Part shown: piece after piece, positions 9,131-17,446 of the stretch
Numbering within the stretch: the first letter of the stretch is position 1
Layout: each line of letters starts with the position of its first letter
DNA from: a virus
Taxonomy: Duplodnaviria; Caudoviricetes
IMG/VR virus record: IMGVR_UViG_3300021167_000382
Span: 64,001-128,000 of that record
Reading direction: 5' to 3' (one strand)
DNA length: 64,000 nucleotides
Made by a program: the position numbers and the translations under genes
Notes under the pieces: generated by a model
Database searches by the model: none
What the model was told of the DNA's origin: nothing
The model's input: only the letters and a program-made list of their open reading frames with translations

Positions 9131-9546
9131 CAGTATATAAACTTTGTTTTATCAATCTGACCTTGCTTAATAAGCCGTTCAAGTTCTTGCTCGGAATACA
9201 TCATCGAGAATGCCTGTTTACAGAGTGCCAGTAAACGAAGCATATTGACATGTTGGTCGTAAAGTTCACCGTCATTCTTCGGTTCTGGTTTTAACAGTAT
9301 TCGAAGACGAGTGATCTCAGCAATCAAATCATACATGTCGGACTTCAACAACAAATCATTAAGTTTCTTCTCTTCAAACACTTGAAGAAACACTGTCGTC
9401 ACCTCACGAATATGCTTAGTAACGACTGCGCGTATCTCTTCTGAATTATTTGCTGCGCCACGAAGGTGCTCAATGAACTCTTTTTTCAGGAGTCCGGCGC
9501 CATCCTCCATGACTCGTTCATATAACGGAAGACCTTTTGCTGCCAT
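9130..9546 (-). CDS. Hypothetical helical protein
   Basis: 138-aa ORF, tightly packed. Confidence 0.65.
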   Translation of the reverse strand: MAAKGLPLYERVMEDGAGLLKKEFIEHLRGAANNSEEIRAVVTKHIREVTTVFLQVFEEKKLNDLLLKSDMYDLIAEITRLRILLKPEPKNDGELYDQHVNMLRLLALCKQAFSMMYSEQELERLIKQGQIDKTKFIY

Positions 9547-9548
9547 GG

Positions 9549-9959
9549 TTACACCGTTTCGATTTCAACCTCAGTTTTACCGATAGCGGCGAGTGCTGCT
9601 TTGATTTTCGAAACATCGCCCAGGTTACCGTCGTAAATCTTGACCGAATAAACAATACGGACAATTTCCTCAACAGAACCTTCCACCATCCACTGGTCAG
9701 CGATGGCGATCGTTTCACCATTCAGCTGCTTAAAGATATAGTACTTACAGTTGGAAGCACTGTACGGCGTACCAGAGGGCAGCGCTGGGTAGATCTGCGC
9801 ATACTGCTGACTGACCGGTGCGATCAAACTCGCCACTTCGATATCACCAATGGCCGCAAGGCGTGCCTTTTCGATACGTGCACCATAGATAATCGGACTA
9901 CGCATCGCAAAACTGTAAACTTTACCAACGACCATTTCTTCGATATTCACCAAGATCAC
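9549..9959 (-). CDS. Conserved phiKZ-like core protein (gp49 region, possibly SH3-like beta fold)
   Basis: GTG start with AAGGT RBS; position just upstream of the polymerase. Confidence 0.6.
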   Translation of the reverse strand: MILVNIEEMVVGKVYSFAMRSPIIYGARIEKARLAAIGDIEVASLIAPVSQQYAQIYPALPSGTPYSASNCKYYIFKQLNGETIAIADQWMVEGSVEEIVRIVYSVKIYDGNLGDVSKIKAALAAIGKTEVEIETV

Positions 9960-9961
9960 CT

Positions 9962-10372
9962 TTATGCGTAATTTGAATCAAGATACACGTTAACGATCAC
10001 CATCGTTACGGTGGCTGCTTCCATGAGATAGGTATAACGAAGCCCAGGATCTTCAGGGATATTTCGACGAAGTAATGCAGTAAGCGCTAATGCGAACAAC
10101 CGAACACGTGCAGCAAACTCTCGCTTAATATCGAAGAATGCATGTTGGTCTTCAACATAAAGAATTGTCGGCCAGATGGGCAATGATGAGACAGCCATTG
10201 CAACTTCAGCTTCACGGCTACTGTAAGTTGAAATGATCTGAGCCATCAGTTCTTTGTAGATGTTGAAGGTAACTTCTTCAGTGGTTGGTTGACCGATCTG
10301 CTCGCTGAAAATCCGTATTTCATTTAACAGGGTGTAACCCATTTGCTCGAGGCCGATGACGTAGCTGCTCAT
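9962..10372 (-). CDS. Hypothetical protein (phuZ-polymerase block)
   Basis: ORF of ~136 aa; start uncertain. Confidence 0.6.
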   Translation of the reverse strand: MSSYVIGLEQMGYTLLNEIRIFSEQIGQPTTEEVTFNIYKELMAQIISTYSSREAEVAMAVSSLPIWPTILYVEDQHAFFDIKREFAARVRLFALALTALLRRNIPEDPGLRYTYLMEAATVTMVIVNVYLDSNYA

Positions 10373-10748
10373 AAAGACTATCCTTACCATCTGAGAAGAA
10401 AGTTACCACAAGCGTATCGGGTTCTACAATATGAATTGCTTGAAGTTGTTTATAATTGAAGATTCCAACGGCTCCTAAGATTTCACGTTGAGCGTAGTTG
10501 CTTAGATAAGCTAATCCACGCGCCATGCCTTCCGAGTTGAATTCGATGTTAGCGTCTGTGAGCTGCTTCAATAGTGACTGAAGTTCAGTATCGAAAGAAT
10601 ATGGTTTTCGGCAGATGTTACTAAGTATCTCGGAAACAATATCGTAAAATGATTCATTAGCTTCATCAAAAACAGTGTAAATGTGAAGAATCGCTAATGG
10701 AACAGGAATGCGGAAAAAGAGGCAGAGTTCTTTATGGTTCATTTTCAT
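10320..10748 (-). CDS. Hypothetical protein (phuZ-polymerase block)
   Basis: 142-aa ORF overlapping its neighbours. Confidence 0.6.
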   Translation of the reverse strand: MKMNHKELCLFFRIPVPLAILHIYTVFDEANESFYDIVSEILSNICRKPYSFDTELQSLLKQLTDANIEFNSEGMARGLAYLSNYAQREILGAVGIFNYKQLQAIHIVEPDTLVVTFFSDGKDSLYEQLRHRPRANGLHPVK

Positions 10749-11166
10749 ACCTCAGAAAGGCAGCCAAGCCATCAGCGGCCCAGTGATCGAATACGTATTT
10801 CTCATAATGGTTCGTGTGGTATGCTAGAATCTGGCGCAGAAGAATATCCATCGCTTCTACGATATCGTTAACCAAACAATCGAAATTGAAAAGTACATCT
10901 GTATTGTCACAGAGCACATCCATAGCACTAGGACATTGGTGTTCAATATATTCATAGAGAACACCGGTCATACCGTTTTCTTGTAAATCATGCGCAGGTA
11001 GAACAAAGACGCATTCGATAATGCGATTTACAGTTATCGCACCCACGACCTTCCGAAGTAAAGGGAAGGTCGTGTAGTAGTGACTGTAAGAACGATAGGG
11101 ATTAAATGCGTCGAGTATAGGCCTGACGTCAACATAAAACCCATTACTTGGTGTAGATGCCGACAT
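10732..11166 (-). CDS. Hypothetical protein (phuZ-polymerase block)
   Basis: 144-aa ORF. Confidence 0.62.
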   Translation of the reverse strand: MSASTPSNGFYVDVRPILDAFNPYRSYSHYYTTFPLLRKVVGAITVNRIIECVFVLPAHDLQENGMTGVLYEYIEHQCPSAMDVLCDNTDVLFNFDCLVNDIVEAMDILLRQILAYHTNHYEKYVFDHWAADGLAAFLRYENEP

Positions 11167-11185
11167 AAGTAGCGCTCACTTAGAT

Positions 11186-11929
11186 TTAGATCTCGCTCAT
11201 GTGAGAGGTGATCATGCGGTAATATTCAATCACTCGGAAATCGTTGCCCTTTTCGATAGTCATGGTCGTATTACTAAGATAAAACCGATAGACATTATAT
11301 CGATTCTGACCAATGAACTCTCTGAGCTTTGCGCCGAGCAGGATCAAATCTTCATTATCTTCATCGTAGAAATGATGCATCCCACGACTCTGGAGATAAT
11401 CCTCATAACTACCATCGAAGTTCGGTAGAAACTGAGGCTTGACATGAGTTCGAAGATCTGTCAGTTGCTTTTCCACATTAGAGTATGGTGAAGAAAGTGG
11501 ATTTAGGTACCGGAAAGATTCCAGTATGTAGATGTAAGCGATATAGATCGCTGCGGGATGCCATATCGGGTATTCCGAGTAATGATGCTGAGTGCCTGGA
11601 ATGATGCAGAATACAGGACGCCCTTCTTGGTCATAGACCGAACCACGGTGTTTCCAGACATCATCAAACTTAACAATATCTGGAACAGTATCTCGATTAC
11701 TCACTGCGGTGTGAGAGTAGTATCCCATACCAGGTCCAAAATAAATAAACGGATGAATTGCGCCGTTCATATACAACCCAGGTGAAGGATCTGTTAACAT
11801 GTCTACGTACTTAGAATCCAGTCTCAATACATACTGGGAAAGATCGATGCGGTACAGCTCGAGTGTTTCTAAGACGGCATGTTGATAGGTATCATGATCA
11901 CAAACCATATTTCTAAAATCCGGGTTCAT
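11186..11929 (-). CDS. Conserved hypothetical protein (phuZ-polymerase block)
   Basis: 247-aa ORF. Confidence 0.65.
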   Translation of the reverse strand: MNPDFRNMVCDHDTYQHAVLETLELYRIDLSQYVLRLDSKYVDMLTDPSPGLYMNGAIHPFIYFGPGMGYYSHTAVSNRDTVPDIVKFDDVWKHRGSVYDQEGRPVFCIIPGTQHHYSEYPIWHPAAIYIAYIYILESFRYLNPLSSPYSNVEKQLTDLRTHVKPQFLPNFDGSYEDYLQSRGMHHFYDEDNEDLILLGAKLREFIGQNRYNVYRFYLSNTTMTIEKGNDFRVIEYYRMITSHMSEI

Positions 11930-11977
11930 TGTCTCTACTCACTTTTGATTACATAGGAGTTCGGACCATAGAGAAAA

Positions 11978-12009
11978 AGACTAGCACCGGGATTTCCCGG
12001 TGCTAGTCT
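11978..12009 (-). terminator. Intrinsic terminator
   Basis: 15-bp perfect stem with a minus-strand U-tract. Confidence 0.8.
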
Positions 12010-12031
12010 GACGATTCGTTGTTTTTATAGC

Positions 12032-12394
12032 TTAAGGAGCTTTGCTTTCTTGCGACTTCACCGGTCCGCAGCGGCAATGGGAATCGTGACCTGCTGAACG
12101 TTTGTGACGTAGAGAGGTTTTTGTTTTCAGAATATCTCCAAGATCTTCGGTCCAGCGCCAAGCTTCAGCTAGATAAAAGAACCCGCAAAGGTCTTGTAAA
12201 GTATATTCCTTACAAACATCACCCGAAACGTTTGCGATGGTCATGCTAACAATCGATTCACCGTCAAAAACATTAACCGTATCGCCGACTGATAGATCAG
12301 GTTGATAGTATTTTTCATCAGGAAGCGCCATCAGTGTCATAATTTCTTCACTGAACTTCACACCGTCATTAAATTGCAGTCTAGCTGTGTTCAT
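12032..12394 (-). CDS. Hypothetical protein, possible ASCH/PUA-like domain
   Basis: ATG 12394 with GAGGA RBS; LSVGDTVNV..MTIANV..YTLQD..GF pattern resembles ASCH. Confidence 0.5.
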   Translation of the reverse strand: MNTARLQFNDGVKFSEEIMTLMALPDEKYYQPDLSVGDTVNVFDGESIVSMTIANVSGDVCKEYTLQDLCGFFYLAEAWRWTEDLGDILKTKTSLRHKRSAGHDSHCRCGPVKSQESKAP

Positions 12395-12461
12395 TTTTAT
12401 TAATCCTCTTTCAGTTAAAAGAAGAGGGAGGCACCTCAACCTCCCTCCTGTACAGCACAAC

Positions 12462-13445
12462 TTAGATGACTAAGAAATCATCCGTAGGGTTCCGATCCAC
12501 TACAACTGCTTTAACCGTTGCAGGTTTGCGGTGTTTCGAAACCTCATCTTCCAGACTCTGAAGCGTGTCTGGAAAGATCCCTTGCCGGGTTACCAGATGC
12601 ACCGGCGTGGCCAGCTGAAGACGTCCAGCGACCTTTTCATTCAGCTCACCGTAGCTATGGTACGGAACCATAATACCCGGTGAGTGATCTTCATCGGCCT
12701 TAACGATCGTCACCACCGTAGAAACCGGGCAGTGGTCATTAGCCAGAACCGCCTTCACGCCGGAAGTCAGTTCCAGTGCTACGATACCTGGTGCGTAATC
12801 ACTAACCTTATTGTAATTCAGGAAGTTTTCCAGATCCATGCGATCCAGGCCTTTGTTTTCACCAGACCAAACCGCAGACAGGAAGAGCACCATGATACGA
12901 GCAAGGGTATCGACATCGGCCAGCGTCGGATATTGCGAGTTATCCAGGTAATAGCAAGGCACTGGACGATCGAATGCCTCAGCCAGTTTCTGATACGTCA
13001 TGATGGTGTCACGAACGTTATCAGCTTCCTTGATACTGGTTCGAGAACCCACCATCACTACAACGACGTTCTTCCCACGGGCCATGAGGTCTTTGGTCAG
13101 AATATTACCGATCAGAGAGCCCGACCCACCAGACCCAGAATGCACCACGATACTCAGATCACCCGGTTCCCAGCGACTCACGATATCCGTCACGGCCTGG
13201 CGAGCGTGTTCCACATTCGTGGCACGGATCTTACCAGAGCCGTCGACCAGGTTATGGCGGCTTCCGATGTGGATGAACGAAGATTCGAAGCCTGCATCCG
13301 GCAGATTACTGTGACTGGTATCGATCATACCAAAAGTCAAGTCAGCGTAGCCTTTAACATCCTTAGCCGCCACCTGCATCAACGGCATCACGATGTTGAT
13401 ACCGCAACCACCAACCGCATAAACCGTTACTCGGTTATTTTTCAA
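12462..13445 (-). CDS. phuZ: Tubulin-like spindle protein PhuZ
   Basis: VYAVGGCGINI, IDTS, GSGKIR and the tubulin signature SGSGGSGSLIG; C-terminal DDFLVI; TTG start with AGGAG. Confidence 0.93.
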   Translation of the reverse strand: MKNNRVTVYAVGGCGINIVMPLMQVAAKDVKGYADLTFGMIDTSHSNLPDAGFESSFIHIGSRHNLVDGSGKIRATNVEHARQAVTDIVSRWEPGDLSIVVHSGSGGSGSLIGNILTKDLMARGKNVVVVMVGSRTSIKEADNVRDTIMTYQKLAEAFDRPVPCYYLDNSQYPTLADVDTLARIMVLFLSAVWSGENKGLDRMDLENFLNYNKVSDYAPGIVALELTSGVKAVLANDHCPVSTVVTIVKADEDHSPGIMVPYHSYGELNEKVAGRLQLATPVHLVTRQGIFPDTLQSLEDEVSKHRKPATVKAVVVDRNPTDDFLVI

Positions 13446-13459
13446 AGCAATTCTCCTAA

Positions 13460-14299
13460 TTAATCAGAGGGTAAAGAAACCAGATGCTCAGATTCAATTT
13501 CATTCTGAGCGATATGCGACTGAACACGAACTTCCCGAGCACGAAGGAGTCTATCCAACGTGATCTTACGTAAAGTCATGCTCTGTATTTCAAGATCACT
13601 ATTCTGCTGACCACGCCGAGCACCTGAGGTAGCTAGGTATCTACGACGGTTGGATTTGAGTTCTCGATCGATCGTCAATATCCGATCACACCATGCGGAC
13701 AGAACCTCGTCCTGGTTCGTATTCTGGTTATATCGAACCGATTCATGGAGTGTGTAAAGCCAGTAAGAGCCATCGTCCATACGTTTGAATAAGTGCACAT
13801 GTGCTTTATTGGAGATGGGGAAACGAGACGACTTTAAATAGAGTTCAAGTTCTGGGCAGTGGAGCATTTTAAATTTGTTTTCGGTATACTCAACTGCGGT
13901 GCTGTCGATAATATAAAAGCGCTGTGGATCTTGGTGTTTCTGGAACTGAGGTCGATTGATCCGTTTCTGACGAAAGTCATTCCACTCGCTCAGCCAACTT
14001 ACTAGAATACCCTTCAATATTCCAGGCGTCAACAACCCTTCCTCAAATGGAGGATAGTTGGATTCATTCATGAACTTCAAAGTCTCACGTTCAAGTTCCT
14101 TCAACGTGAAAGTCTTTGCTCGTGCTAAATCATCCGCATAGTACTTTGTTAGCATGAGTAGATGGTTGGCAATCATCCGTGCCATGCTAAAGAAACGTTC
14201 CAATGCAGCGATTTGTATCGAGTCCATTTCCAAACGTATCGCTCGATAGTGGACATGGAGAAAGACCTTCTCCTTATCCATGTTAGATGTTTCCATCAT
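13460..14299 (-). CDS. TnpB (IS605 OrfB)-derived protein lacking the RuvC nuclease domain
   Basis: RAIRLEMDSIQIAALERFFSMARMIANHLL aligns by eye to TnpB RLYPN..Q..L...LG.ARFVYNH.L. RPQFQK matches FPRFRK, and KRMDDGSYWLYTLHE matches RRxxxGxYxxSVLCE. No GxDxG, no E/D catalytic motifs and no Zn finger. Confidence 0.72.
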   Translation of the reverse strand: MMETSNMDKEKVFLHVHYRAIRLEMDSIQIAALERFFSMARMIANHLLMLTKYYADDLARAKTFTLKELERETLKFMNESNYPPFEEGLLTPGILKGILVSWLSEWNDFRQKRINRPQFQKHQDPQRFYIIDSTAVEYTENKFKMLHCPELELYLKSSRFPISNKAHVHLFKRMDDGSYWLYTLHESVRYNQNTNQDEVLSAWCDRILTIDRELKSNRRRYLATSGARRGQQNSDLEIQSMTLRKITLDRLLRAREVRVQSHIAQNEIESEHLVSLPSD

Positions 14300-14400
14300 C
14301 AATATCCTTTCAACTTGTATTCGTGTTCATTTCAAATAACTCATCGTTCACGGTTAATCTATCTAAGAAGATAGCAGAGATCGCTACCCATCGGTTCATG

Positions 14401-14420
14401 TAAGATATACATGACTTCAT
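14401..14420 (-). promoter_or_regulatory. Putative early promoter, copy 3 (TnpB-like/phuZ operon)
   Basis: Core ATATACATG at 14405-14413. Confidence 0.7.
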
Positions 14421-14503
14421 TATCAGTAGTCACAGGAATACCATTACCCACTAGGTAAGTAACTTAAACAAAAGAACCCTACCAATGTATCGACAATTAC
14501 TTA

Positions 14504-14904
14504 GCAGACTTCTTCTCTACCGGACTAGCAGTTTCGATAAGAAACTGCCGAGGTGGAGGAGAAGGGTGCGATGCTGCCGACACATGCTACGTGCTACACC
14601 TACTTAGAAATATTTTCATTCTACTATCTCTCTATCTATTGGCTCGTGATGATTTAAAAATTTACGAGCTTTCGAGAAGTCGACTGAACGGAGTGAAGGA
14701 GCGGATCGAAAGCGAGCTTCCCTACCTCAGTGACATGGACACAACGCCGAAGGCTGTGTGGACAGGACACTCTAACTTCCCGCAACGCGGGGGGCGAAGC
14801 CCAACAACATTTTTTAATATTTCGAATATCATATTTACAGACGTTCGCATCATGTGACGGATAGGCTTTGATGGCCTATCCGTCACAGGCAGCATCCGTC
14901 ACAT
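14504..14904 (+). ncRNA. Candidate structured ncRNA (alternatively a hairpin-rich ssDNA or origin element)
   Basis: At least six stems with G-T wobbles that pair only on the + strand, in the longest gene-free gap of the window. Confidence 0.45.
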
Positions 14905-15017
14905 TGCGTATTAATAAAACCCATTTCATTCGGGAAGTAAAAATAATAATAATCAAAAGGAGAATCTCTTTGCTGGTAGATCCTCTGGTATAACAATCAT
15001 AGTAAAAAGGATGCATC

Positions 15018-15644
15018 ATGGAAATCTTTAAGATTACACGACAAGGTCAAGGTAACGGCGTGGCAGTTCAAGGCGTGTCTAGTGAAAAACCTTTAGTGGA
15101 ACAACAGGATCAAATTTCTGAAGCTGCTGAGTTGAAGCAAGCTAAGGTGCTGGCAGGGGAAGTGGTTCAAGGGCAAGTAGCAGATAGTGGTACCAGTAGT
15201 CCAGTCGAATCCACTGAACCAGGTTTCACCTTGGATGCCAGTCAGAAAGATAAGGTCATTGTGAAAGTTGATGGTCCGCTTTCTCAGGTATTCACTGAAG
15301 CGTTGAATAAAGTACTGGCTTTTGAGAACATGGTACTACTTCCTGTTCTGGCAGAAGAATACGACGCTATGAAGGATGATCCCTCTTTCAACGATACAAC
15401 CTCTATCCATGTTCAAGCTTACGATGCACATGACTTAACCACAGGCGATGTGGTTGATATTACGAACGAAATCACAAAGACGACAGAAGATTCACATATC
15501 ATCGCCATGGAGTCTGCGCGTGGAATGAGTACAGCGACAGGTAGTGCTGAAGCAGTCTATCGTTCTTTGAAGGTAGCTAGTTACTATCGGTTCACTTCTG
15601 CAGCGAATAAGATCGTTTCGATTGCTAAGAATCACGGGGTCTGA
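15018..15644 (+). CDS. Probable virion head protein with propeptide
   Basis: Acidic; AFE and AME motifs match the phiKZ prohead protease site (S/A/G-X-E). Confidence 0.6.
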   Translation: MEIFKITRQGQGNGVAVQGVSSEKPLVEQQDQISEAAELKQAKVLAGEVVQGQVADSGTSSPVESTEPGFTLDASQKDKVIVKVDGPLSQVFTEALNKVLAFENMVLLPVLAEEYDAMKDDPSFNDTTSIHVQAYDAHDLTTGDVVDITNEITKTTEDSHIIAMESARGMSTATGSAEAVYRSLKVASYYRFTSAANKIVSIAKNHGV

Positions 15645-15645
15645 T

Positions 15646-16860
15646 ATGACCACATTGAAAGAAGTCTTTGATGACTTAACCAAGGAAGTAACGTTTGACA
15701 AGGGACTGTTGAGTCGCCTCTATAAATACCATACGACTTTCTTGAATCAGAGTAGTGAATACCTGAGTTTCTTTGCAAGCAACTTGATCGGTGTTCACGT
15801 GGTTCGTTTTCGTGTAGTAGATATTCAGCGTTTCTATCATGATGTGTTAGGCTTGGATATGACACATGTTCGTCGTGAGGTTTTGAAAGTCACGACTATT
15901 AACCATAGTTACCACATTACATCCGACGACATGAACCTGATGTTGATGTATATCATTCATCGCATCAGCACCTCAATGAAACTATCAGAGTCAGATCGGA
16001 CCCGAGGCGTCTATGATGCCGCATTGATCTTCTTTTACCGTTGTCTAGTTATTCGTCAGTCAGATTACTTCCATTTCCCTGCAGATAAACATATCGCCCA
16101 AGCCGCATATGCTGAGCTGAGTAACAAGTTTCTGATTAAGCAACTTGGTAACTGGAAAGCAGTGATGGATTATCGTGCAAAAGATCTTATCAACCCTGAA
16201 GGACTTCATCTGAAGAACCTCATTGTTTTTGAAGATGATGACTTAGTCACTTATGCTATCAGTGACAGCGAGAACCGCATTCGTGAACTTTATAAGAGTT
16301 ACTGTAAAGTTTTCCATCAAGTCTATAGTTCAGGTGATCGGATCAGTAGCACTTCAGCAACTATCACAGATGTGGAAGGAGTTGAGAAGATACGAGAACG
16401 CGTTCGGGAAGTCGAACAGGCGATCGCTTTGATCCAGAACACTATCCACGACGCTAAGAGTTTCATTAAGCCGGAACTATTGAAGGTGATCATTGAGATC
16501 AATACAAACACCTCACAGCGTATGCTGATGCAGGTGCTCTCGTGGCTCTCAGAGAACTACATGGGTCGTCAGTGGCACGCGAAGATCGATGAGTTTGTTC
16601 GTCTTATCGTAATTCATAGTTACCACCTTGTTGCAGAGATGGGTGAGGCTGAAATAAACGATCTCCCTTCCGTCCTTGTCACGTTGAAGAATCTCTATCT
16701 CTCCACACGTAGCGCTGATCCTGAACTTCTGAAGATTCGAAAGCTAGGTGAACAGCTAGTGAAAGAATCTGCTGGTAAGGTGAATCCAAGCTTAGAAATG
16801 GCCACGCGTACTTCGGTGATTCTTTACATCACGTTACGCACCTTCATGACTGTCAAGTAG
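15646..16860 (+). CDS. Virion structural protein (phiKZ gp32-like)
   Basis: ~404 aa; recalled family and synteny. Confidence 0.62.
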   Translation: MTTLKEVFDDLTKEVTFDKGLLSRLYKYHTTFLNQSSEYLSFFASNLIGVHVVRFRVVDIQRFYHDVLGLDMTHVRREVLKVTTINHSYHITSDDMNLMLMYIIHRISTSMKLSESDRTRGVYDAALIFFYRCLVIRQSDYFHFPADKHIAQAAYAELSNKFLIKQLGNWKAVMDYRAKDLINPEGLHLKNLIVFEDDDLVTYAISDSENRIRELYKSYCKVFHQVYSSGDRISSTSATITDVEGVEKIRERVREVEQAIALIQNTIHDAKSFIKPELLKVIIEINTNTSQRMLMQVLSWLSENYMGRQWHAKIDEFVRLIVIHSYHLVAEMGEAEINDLPSVLVTLKNLYLSTRSADPELLKIRKLGEQLVKESAGKVNPSLEMATRTSVILYITLRTFMTVK

Positions 16861-16886
16861 TTTGATGTTTTAATTCCACGGATCTA

Positions 16887-17351
16887 ATGGTTATTTTATC
16901 AGTGAGGTCTGTTGTGAATTTCTGTCAATTCATTAAAGAGCTTCTTTTCCGGATCAAGCTGTACTACTTGGGTATTCGTTTCTATGAGGGTTCTTCTCAA
17001 GAGCAGTCGCCTGCTATCCATGAAACGACGCATAAATTCGAGGACATCAGTGTCCAGGTCAGTTTTAAACGGGTACCGTGTCGTGACTTGGTACTTAAAC
17101 GTGGGCAGTTGTCCACTGAAGACTATAACAGCTATGCTGTCTTAGCCACATTTGACATTTCTGAATTCGAGAAAACGACAGATGAGAAGATTCTGACTCA
17201 GATGAAGTTCTTGAACAATAAGGCTTTCTTTTTCAATGGTCACTATAACCGGCTCGGGATGAGTGAACGTCATAAATTGGAACTTATTACTGATGTCTAT
17301 ATGGACTTCATCTCAGAGATGATTCGGAATCAACACCACCAGCAAGCGTAA
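16887..17351 (+). CDS. Hypothetical protein
   Basis: 154-aa ORF. Confidence 0.6.
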   Translation: MVILSVRSVVNFCQFIKELLFRIKLYYLGIRFYEGSSQEQSPAIHETTHKFEDISVQVSFKRVPCRDLVLKRGQLSTEDYNSYAVLATFDISEFEKTTDEKILTQMKFLNNKAFFFNGHYNRLGMSERHKLELITDVYMDFISEMIRNQHHQQA

Positions 17352-17354
17352 TCT

Positions 17355-17384
17355 GACAGGTGAGGGCTAGTGCCCTCACCTGTC
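17355..17384 (+). terminator. Hairpin
   Basis: GACAGGTGAGGGC-TAGT-GCCCTCACCTGTC. Confidence 0.7.
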
Positions 17385-17446
17385 GTCCCTTAGTGTTTTT
17401 TATAAATAAGTTGAAATTCAGATGACTACAATAACGGAGAAGAATC

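Noticed and set aside
13460-14302. Active IS605/IS607 element or Cas12 nuclease
   Set aside because: No RuvC catalytic motifs, Zn finger, tnpA or recognisable ends
14591-14857. 88-aa + strand ORF
   Set aside because: GTG start without an RBS, overlapping dense secondary structure
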